Positions 57,400 through 64,000 of a stretch of 64,000 bases of DNA are shown piece after piece (the first letter of the stretch is position 1; each line of letters begins with the position of its first letter). The stretch is from contig OY781066.1 in assembly GCA_963676395.1 (NCBI GenBank), forward strand, positions 1,184,001-1,248,000. Direction: 5' to 3'. The translations under genes were made by a program, and so were the position numbers. Origin of the DNA: a bacterium. Its GTDB lineage: Bacteria > Fidelibacterota > Fidelibacteria > Fidelibacterales > Fidelibacteraceae. The notes beneath the pieces are model-generated. The model was not told the DNA's origin and made no database searches. It was given only the letters and a program-made list of their open reading frames with translations.

Positions 57400-57427
57400 C
57401 TTTCGTCTTTATTCTTTAATTTAATTC

Positions 57428-58012
57428 ATGTTAAGCATTGGACTAAGCGGCGGATTGGGATCGGGAAAATCTTTTGCGACGAAGATCTTTTATGAGCAGG
57501 GCGCAAACATCCTGAATGCCGATGATATAGCTAAAAATCTTATTCGAGTAAAACCTGAATTGATAGACCAAATTAAACATGAATTTGGTGATGATTGTTA
57601 TCTGGATGGTGAACTGCAAAATACTATTCTTGCCGAGCGAGCATTTAAGTCCCCGGAATCTCTTTCAAGACTAAATGCGATTTCTCATCCTGCATTAAGA
57701 AAGCATTTAGAAAAATATATCCAAGCTTTTAAACCGGTGCCCGGGGTTTTAATAATTGAGGTTGCAATTTTATATGAAGCCGGGTTTGAAGATATATTTG
57801 ATAAAATATTATTGGTTACGGCTGATGAAAACGTACGATTACAGCGAGCTCTGGCAAGAGGTAAGATCAGCGAGAAAAGCATTCGGGAACGCATGGCACT
57901 ACAGATGCCCGAATATGAAAAGCGAAAGATCGCAGATTATATCATAGAGAATAATGGGGATGAAGACGAATTAAGAGAGAAGTGCCTGGAGGTCTGGAAA
58001 GTTTTTAAATAA
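57428..58012 (+). CDS. coaE: Dephospho-CoA kinase
   Basis: IGLSGGLGSGKS, ADDIAK, LNAISHP, QMPEYEKRKIADYIIEN. Confidence 0.95.
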   Translation: MLSIGLSGGLGSGKSFATKIFYEQGANILNADDIAKNLIRVKPELIDQIKHEFGDDCYLDGELQNTILAERAFKSPESLSRLNAISHPALRKHLEKYIQAFKPVPGVLIIEVAILYEAGFEDIFDKILLVTADENVRLQRALARGKISEKSIRERMALQMPEYEKRKIADYIIENNGDEDELREKCLEVWKVFK

Positions 58013-58026
58013 CAATTAATACAAAA

Positions 58027-58060
58027 ATTGTACCGAAGCAAAGTATTGCGTCGGTACAAT
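58027..58060. terminator. Hairpin between convergent genes
   Basis: ATTGTACCGA...TCGGTACAAT. Confidence 0.6.
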
Positions 58061-58075
58061 GCTATATGTATTTAA

Positions 58076-59758
58076 TTATGTTTTTTCAGCATTTTTGCCA
58101 AAAACAAAGATCAGGGCAAGTACAGCCAATACGCCAATGACTAATGAAAAATACACAGGTAAACCAAGTGCCGAGGGGATAAGACAACCTAAAATGCTGA
58201 TACCTGCGACGGGAAGAGCATAACCAAGTTGAGTATTAACATGTGCAATATGATCGCATCCGGCTCCCATAGATGAGAGAATGGTTGTATCTGAAATGGG
58301 CGAACAATGGTCGCCAAAAATAGCTCCTGTTAAAACAGCTCCAATATTCATGTATAAAAATGCGGGTTCCGGTGAAACGGCATAGGCTAGAGGAATGGCT
58401 AAAGGCATAAGAATTCCCATAGTGCCATATGAGGTTCCTGTTGCAAAAGAGATCAAGGCACCTAGTATAAATATTATTGTTGATAGCAAAAATGGCGGTA
58501 TTTGTCCCGAAATAACCCCCACCAAAAAATCAGCGGTACCAAGTTTTCCGATTACTCCACTAAGTGACCAAGCGAGGATGAGGATGGTTACTGTAATGAC
58601 CATAGTACCGGCACCCTTAATCCAGGTGTTTACGGCATCTTTGAGAGAGTAAATCTTTTGTTTCCATCCCATGAATATAGCTATAAGTGACGCAAGTACC
58701 GCTGCTTGTGTTAAGGCAATACTGGCATTGGATTCTGCAAAACACTCACGAAGAAAGGCAAAGGAAAACCCAGATTGCAGAATTGCAATTTGTTGAAGGC
58801 TATCACCGGTCATTATATTTTGATAGCCATTATAGAATAATGCGGCAAAAGCCCCGATGATAAGTGTAAGGACAGGTACAAGAGCGTTGGATATTTTTAA
58901 ATTGTTTTTGTCGGCGACCTCTAGCTTTTCAGTGTCTACGGCAGACATGACATTGGCATCATCAGCGTGGACTTTTCCTTCAAGACGTGCCCGTTGCTCT
59001 GCTTTAAGCATGGGACCAAAATCTCTTCGTGATTTTGCTGAGATAAATATAAATACAAGGATCAATAGGGAATAATAACGATAGGGAATGGTATTGATGA
59101 AAACCGAATAAGCATTCGCTTCTATACCCAACGCCATATAACCTTGTTTGATTAAACCCAGTTCATATCCGATCCAAGTTGAGATCAGGGCGATATCGGC
59201 AATGGGTGCGGCAGTGGAATCAATAATAAATGCCAGTTTTTCGCGAGAGACTTTCATCTTGTCAGTCACGGGACGCATAATGGGACCAACCGTAAGCAGG
59301 TTTGCATAATCGTCAAAGAAAATAAATATACCCATTAGCCAAGTATAGATCTGAGCCGAAGCGGCAGATTTTGCAGATTTAGATAATTTTTCAGCAATGG
59401 CACGAGTGCCGCCCATAACTGCAACTAAAGCGATCAATCCACCAATGGTAAAGGTTTGCACAACAATACCTGCATTCCAGGAGTCCGAAAGGGCTACAAC
59501 AAATTCTTGTGTCATCAAAACAAATCCACGGATGATTGCAGTCAGCTTTGGACCTGTTTGGAGTACAATCATATAGGCACCGGAAAAAATCCCAATAAAA
59601 AGTGAAACAACTACATTTCGTGTAACAAAAGCCAGGGTAATGGCGATAAGAGGAGGCATAATGCTCCATAATTGCCAGCCATCGCTGTAATGAGGTGCCA
59701 AGATTGGCATGAGAATTAGAAATAGGAGCAGAATGATCAAGGTCAGGATTCGTTTCAT
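58076..59758 (-). CDS. NhaC-family antiporter / amino-acid transporter
   Basis: FFDDYAN, SREKLAFIIDSTAAP, GTSYGTMG, FGDHCSPISDTT. Confidence 0.92.
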   Translation of the reverse strand: MKRILTLIILLLFLILMPILAPHYSDGWQLWSIMPPLIAITLAFVTRNVVVSLFIGIFSGAYMIVLQTGPKLTAIIRGFVLMTQEFVVALSDSWNAGIVVQTFTIGGLIALVAVMGGTRAIAEKLSKSAKSAASAQIYTWLMGIFIFFDDYANLLTVGPIMRPVTDKMKVSREKLAFIIDSTAAPIADIALISTWIGYELGLIKQGYMALGIEANAYSVFINTIPYRYYSLLILVFIFISAKSRRDFGPMLKAEQRARLEGKVHADDANVMSAVDTEKLEVADKNNLKISNALVPVLTLIIGAFAALFYNGYQNIMTGDSLQQIAILQSGFSFAFLRECFAESNASIALTQAAVLASLIAIFMGWKQKIYSLKDAVNTWIKGAGTMVITVTILILAWSLSGVIGKLGTADFLVGVISGQIPPFLLSTIIFILGALISFATGTSYGTMGILMPLAIPLAYAVSPEPAFLYMNIGAVLTGAIFGDHCSPISDTTILSSMGAGCDHIAHVNTQLGYALPVAGISILGCLIPSALGLPVYFSLVIGVLAVLALIFVFGKNAEKT

Positions 59759-59759
59759 A

Positions 59760-61595
59760 TTATTTTACCAGTATGAGTTTTTGAGTATCCTTTAAATTGC
59801 CATTTACAGAAAGTGAACATATATAAATTCCGGCAGGGAATAATGAGGCATCCCAAATTATTTCATGTTTGCCTTTTTCGACATAGCCATTGAATACTTT
59901 ATTGACCAGTTTTCCATGTATGTTATATATGTTGATAACAGAGTAACCCCTTTCTTCATACTCCATACATAATTTTGTTGATGGATTAAAAGGATTGGGA
60001 TAAGCCTGTATCATATCAAAGTTTTCCGGTGTGCTGCTTTCAAGTGAGGTTAATACCTTAGGTCGTGTAACTTGGATGTCATCAATCGTTATATAGCCAT
60101 CGGATTGATCATAAAAAAATCCAAGATATACATTTTGATTTTTATAGGGTCTTAGAGAATAGCTATATTCGTTCCAGTTTGAATTGGTTGGGGAAATTGT
60201 ACCTAGTAAATGTGAAAATGAAGAACGGTTAGTGTCTGTAGTGGAAAGATAAATCGAGCATTGTCTTCCCGAATTAAGCATATATGCCCACATGCTTAGC
60301 ATAGAATTGTTGTGGTTTGGAACTTGAAATTTAGGTGAGATCACCCATTGTTCATTTCCGTCAAATCCATAGGACATTTCACCGCTTCTTGCAAGATCGT
60401 AGCCACTTTGATCGGCATAAAATCCTCCACCATCATATATCCAGCCGGCCTCCAATCCCTCAAATCCTGTATGGAGATAACGAGTTAGATCGTCGTTGTT
60501 TGCTTGGATATTAAAAATACCTGCTTGATAATCAGAAAAATCATAACCGCTGGTTGCCTGGAGATATGATAAAGAAAACCACCCGTTATAAGCGCCGCCC
60601 CAACCCCAATTGACATGATATTTAGTTCCACTGTCGGTATTGTAACCATCAAGTATGAAGGCATGTCCACCATCACCTTGACCTCTATAAGGTATGGGCC
60701 TTCCCGCATTGAGTTCTGATTTAAGCAGAGCATCCCATTCACTGCTTGTATAGTTGACCTTTTCTTTTAATTCCATGGATGGCGAATAATCAAAATGTGA
60801 TTTTAATGCGAACATCATATCTTCATAGGCCGAGGAAGAAGCGCCCGGTTGGAACTCCATTTCTACAGACGTTGCGCATTGTAGCAAGAATTTAGAAACA
60901 TCTTCTTTTTGATCCATAGGAACGGTTAAATATCCATATTCATCACAAAGTGAATCGGGCATATTATCATAATCATATTCTGAAGTATCGTAATCTGCAA
61001 ACATATGTGTGTTGGTTGTTTCACTATAATACCAACGTTTACCATACCCTCGACTGGGATGTTGGTAATAATTCATGATCTGCCCCATGACAACAGCAAC
61101 ACAACCGACTAAGGCTTTTTCATCAGAGTGCCCCGGGAGTACAAAATTGGGAAACTTTGAGTTATAATGAGGTGATTGATTCCAAAAAGATGTGATTAGC
61201 GGGCTTACATCTGCATGAACATTGGTTTTTTGGAGTGAGGGATTTTCGCTATAGTTCCAGTCGCTGTGAGTATTGGTATATGAATCAGATACATGATCCA
61301 TTTGAAGATTATAATACTTGCATTGTTCTTGAAAAGCCGGGTTTTCGCCTTTGGCGGCATTCTTGAGAGAGTAAGCAAGAATAGCGGGAAAACGATCATC
61401 GTTTGAAGTTAATACAAACCCTTTGTTTTTGAAATGTGTTAACAAGAGACCATCTCCGATCTTCTCACTAGAAGAGATGATCTTGTTTGGGAAATGATAT
61501 TTTATCAATGAATGTAGTTGTTCTCGATCAACAGTTTTGGCAAATAAAAGAGATGTAATGCCAAGCAGACATAGGATAATGTAAATTTTTTTCAT
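59760..61595 (-). CDS. C10 family cysteine peptidase (streptopain-like) with adhesin-like and C-terminal sorting domains
   Basis: WNQ..., GCVAVVMGQIMNY, GHAFILDGY, HVNWGWGG, WVISP, AYPNPFNP...KLILVK; start at MKKIY. Confidence 0.9.
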   Translation of the reverse strand: MKKIYIILCLLGITSLLFAKTVDREQLHSLIKYHFPNKIISSSEKIGDGLLLTHFKNKGFVLTSNDDRFPAILAYSLKNAAKGENPAFQEQCKYYNLQMDHVSDSYTNTHSDWNYSENPSLQKTNVHADVSPLITSFWNQSPHYNSKFPNFVLPGHSDEKALVGCVAVVMGQIMNYYQHPSRGYGKRWYYSETTNTHMFADYDTSEYDYDNMPDSLCDEYGYLTVPMDQKEDVSKFLLQCATSVEMEFQPGASSSAYEDMMFALKSHFDYSPSMELKEKVNYTSSEWDALLKSELNAGRPIPYRGQGDGGHAFILDGYNTDSGTKYHVNWGWGGAYNGWFSLSYLQATSGYDFSDYQAGIFNIQANNDDLTRYLHTGFEGLEAGWIYDGGGFYADQSGYDLARSGEMSYGFDGNEQWVISPKFQVPNHNNSMLSMWAYMLNSGRQCSIYLSTTDTNRSSFSHLLGTISPTNSNWNEYSYSLRPYKNQNVYLGFFYDQSDGYITIDDIQVTRPKVLTSLESSTPENFDMIQAYPNPFNPSTKLCMEYEERGYSVINIYNIHGKLVNKVFNGYVEKGKHEIIWDASLFPAGIYICSLSVNGNLKDTQKLILVK

Positions 61596-61734
61596 ATTTA
61601 GACCTCGTTTCAGGTTAAATAAGTTAAGTCGAATATAAAATGTATACAATTGAAAATTGTTTTTGTTTTAAATTTTATATACTAAGAATGATTATTTCGG
61701 TAACCATAATTATTGTTTTTTGCATTAGATATTA

Positions 61735-61771
61735 TGTGGATAATACTCTGCTTTAAACGTGTTGTGCATAA
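61735..61771. promoter_or_regulatory. Two DnaA boxes in a divergent promoter region
   Basis: TGTGGATAA 61735-61743 and TGTGCATAA 61763-61771. Confidence 0.45.
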
Positions 61772-61832
61772 AAATTTGCACATTTACAGCTTAAATTCAA
61801 GGCTATTGACAAGATTTTGATTATATTTTTTC

Positions 61833-62702
61833 ATGTACAAACACATCAAATGTAAAACTGCATTGAACAAACTTAACAGTCGATACTTGCCGTATCACTG
61901 GGATTTAAATGTTTATCGTGGTTGCTCACATCATTGTCAGTATTGTTATGCATTGTATTCGCATAATTATCTTAATGACAGTGATTTTTTTGGGGATATT
62001 TATATTAAGGAAAATATTGCCGATGCCTTGGAGCAACAGCTGAAAAAGAAAAGTTGGAAACATGAGGTTATTAATTTAGGAGGTGTTACAGATTCTTATC
62101 AGGCAATTGAAAAGAATGAAGAGCTGCTTCCGGACATATTGAAATTGTTGATTAAATATCGTACTCCTGTATCGCTAACAACAAAATCTAACTTGTTGTT
62201 AAGAGATAAAGATCTGTATTTGGAACTCGCAGACGTAGCTGGTGCAAGTGTTGGGATATCGGTGACTACATTTGACGAAGAACTTCGCAAGAAAATTGAA
62301 CCGGGTGCAATGTCAACATTAGATCGCTTTAAAATTTTATCAGAGTTCAACGGAACAGCGGTACGTACGGGTATTCTTGCAATGCCAATCTTGCCTTATT
62401 TGACGGATTCTAAAGAAAACCTTGAAAGGATGTTTTTGCTGACACAAGAATTTGGCGGTTCGTTCGTTATCCCGGGTATTTTAAATTTACGTGGTCCAAC
62501 GCGAGGACATTTTTTAAATTTCATTAGAAGTACATTTCCGGAGTTTTATCAGCTCTATGTGGCCTATTATACAGGGAAGGGTGACAAGAAAGCCTATCGT
62601 GAGAAATTATACGCAAACTTGTCTCAGTTAAGAAAAAAATATAAGTTAACATCTAAACCGTGGAAACTGGCGGCCGAACCGGCTCAGATGGAGCTGTTTT
62701 AA
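61833..62702 (+). CDS. Radical SAM protein, spore-photoproduct-lyase-like (Rv2578c-type) DNA repair family
   Basis: NVYRGCSHHCQYCYA, GGVTDSYQ..E, TTKS, MPILP.LTDS; ends QMELF. Confidence 0.88.
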   Translation: MYKHIKCKTALNKLNSRYLPYHWDLNVYRGCSHHCQYCYALYSHNYLNDSDFFGDIYIKENIADALEQQLKKKSWKHEVINLGGVTDSYQAIEKNEELLPDILKLLIKYRTPVSLTTKSNLLLRDKDLYLELADVAGASVGISVTTFDEELRKKIEPGAMSTLDRFKILSEFNGTAVRTGILAMPILPYLTDSKENLERMFLLTQEFGGSFVIPGILNLRGPTRGHFLNFIRSTFPEFYQLYVAYYTGKGDKKAYREKLYANLSQLRKKYKLTSKPWKLAAEPAQMELF

Positions 62703-62711
62703 ATTGAGGTA

Positions 62712-63281
62712 ATGATGAAAAAAAGATGTGATTGGTGTGGAAATGATCCTTTATATATTCAATATCATGATAAAGAGTGGGGTTTGCCTTTGCATGATGA
62801 TCGTCTATTGTTTGAGTTTTTGATCCTCGAAGGTGCTCAGGCGGGTTTAAGCTGGATCACGATTCTTAAAAAAAGAGATAATTATCGAAAAGCATTTGAT
62901 TTTTTTGATTGTGAAAAAATTGCAGCTTATACTGAAAAGGATGTAGAGCGCCTGATGCAAAATTCGGGTATTGTGCGAAATCGTTTGAAAATAAATTCCA
63001 CTATTAGAAATGCCCGAGTAGCAATCAAGATCAAGGAAGAGTTTGGATCCTTAGATAATTATTTTTGGACTTTTGTAAATCATGCACCTATTCAAAACAG
63101 TTTTATAAGCATGGTCGAAATGCCTGTTAGTACAGGACTTTCAGAAATTATTAGTAAAGATCTGAAAAAGCGTGGAATGAATTTTGTGGGTCCGACTATC
63201 ATTTATTCTTTTATGCAAGCGATTGGTATGGTAAATGACCATATTGTTGATTGCTTTCGATTTGAAGAAGTTGGTAAATGA
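62712..63281 (+). CDS. tag: DNA-3-methyladenine glycosylase I
   Basis: RCDW, YHDKEWG, LEGAQAGLSW, IVRNRLKI, FVGPTIIYSFMQA.G.VNDH. Confidence 0.97.
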   Translation: MMKKRCDWCGNDPLYIQYHDKEWGLPLHDDRLLFEFLILEGAQAGLSWITILKKRDNYRKAFDFFDCEKIAAYTEKDVERLMQNSGIVRNRLKINSTIRNARVAIKIKEEFGSLDNYFWTFVNHAPIQNSFISMVEMPVSTGLSEIISKDLKKRGMNFVGPTIIYSFMQAIGMVNDHIVDCFRFEEVGK

Positions 63282-63466
63282 TAACATTGTTATCTCAACA
63301 TGATACCGACATTTGAGATGAAAAATCTTATTCAATAATTTTAGATTTTAATCGAAACTAACTTGGGTCATTGATTGCCAAGCCAATATTTTTCGAACTT
63401 TACTTTTTGCTTTTGCCTTGATATGTTTATATTCATCCGTAATGTTTAATTAAATGGAGGGAAAAC

Positions 63467-64000
63467 ATGAAAAACACATTACGTACTCTAATTTCATTAA
63501 CAATCTTGCTAAGTGCTTTTTCTTTTGGGGAAGAAGGAGAGTTTGTAAAAACCGGTGTTAATGTGGGCCCTTTGCCTTCAGTTGCTTTTAGCTCTGATAC
63601 GGGCTTTCAATATGGTTTGTTGGCAAATATCTTTTTCTATGGCGATGGCGAGATATATCCGGACTATTACCATAACTTATATGTCGAGTGGAATCGCACG
63701 ACTAAAGGTGCCGGTCTGGCACAGGTTACCTATGATTCAAAATATTTGATCCCCGGTGTTCGTGTAACTGCAGATCTCAGTTATATTGAAAAAAATGCAT
63801 GGGGATTTTATGGGTTTAACGGTGCGGAATCTCAATATAATGACAGCTGGGTTGACGCCGCTGCTGTTGATTATAAAAACACACTATATTATGCCATGAA
63901 ACGAAACAATCTTCGTATAACTGCCAATTTTCAGGGGAATATTACAGATGAAAAATTTCGTTGGTTTGGTGGATTGGGTTACTTGAATTTTGATGTTGCG
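63467..64000 (+). CDS. Omp85/surface-antigen-like outer-membrane protein, 5' part (runs off the window)
   Basis: Not in ORF track; RBS GGAGGG; MKNTLRTLISLTILLSAFSFG signal, then KTGVNVGPLPSVAFSSDTGFQYG. Confidence 0.6.
   Translation, partial: MKNTLRTLISLTILLSAFSFGEEGEFVKTGVNVGPLPSVAFSSDTGFQYGLLANIFFYGDGEIYPDYYHNLYVEWNRTTKGAGLAQVTYDSKYLIPGVRVTADLSYIEKNAWGFYGFNGAESQYNDSWVDAAAVDYKNTLYYAMKRNNLRITANFQGNITDEKFRWFGGLGYLNFDVA

Noticed and set aside
1483..63749. Many 60-130 aa ORFs in the track overlapping longer genes
   Set aside because: Alternate-frame or antisense shadows of well-supported CDSs, without RBS or motif support

Overview
Chromosomal housekeeping window from an AT-rich, probably anaerobic, diderm bacterium. 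An FCB-superphylum affiliation (Marinisomatota/Cloacimonadota/Calditrichota-like) is inferred from the YPNPFNP sorting domains, a PorZ-like gene, DUF2851 and the PPIase cluster; this is not a database result. The window appears to span the replication origin. A DnaA-box array with a B. subtilis-like unwinding module lies directly upstream of dnaN (8952-9186), two parS sites sit at 16134 and 16321, and mnmE-mnmG and rpmH-rnpA-yidD-yidC are nearby, yet dnaA, gyrB and parAB are absent. Other notable observations: back-to-back hcp and Crp/HcpR 3' fragments joined at an ~11-nt shared sequence and flanked by two GTGAC-N4-GTCACA boxes; an unannotated 18-aa micro-ORF plus long hairpin inside a YtrA-ABC operon; two genes that seem to need non-canonical starts (CTG, ATC); an orphan GlmL-type ATPase module; a DGGGP-synthase-like prenyltransferase; a REP-like palindrome mosaic around an orphan beta-barrel gene; and a radical-SAM/tag repair pair with a clamp-binding motif and upstream DnaA boxes. 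No CRISPR array, rRNA, tRNA, transposase or prophage was recognised. All calls are by eye, without searches.
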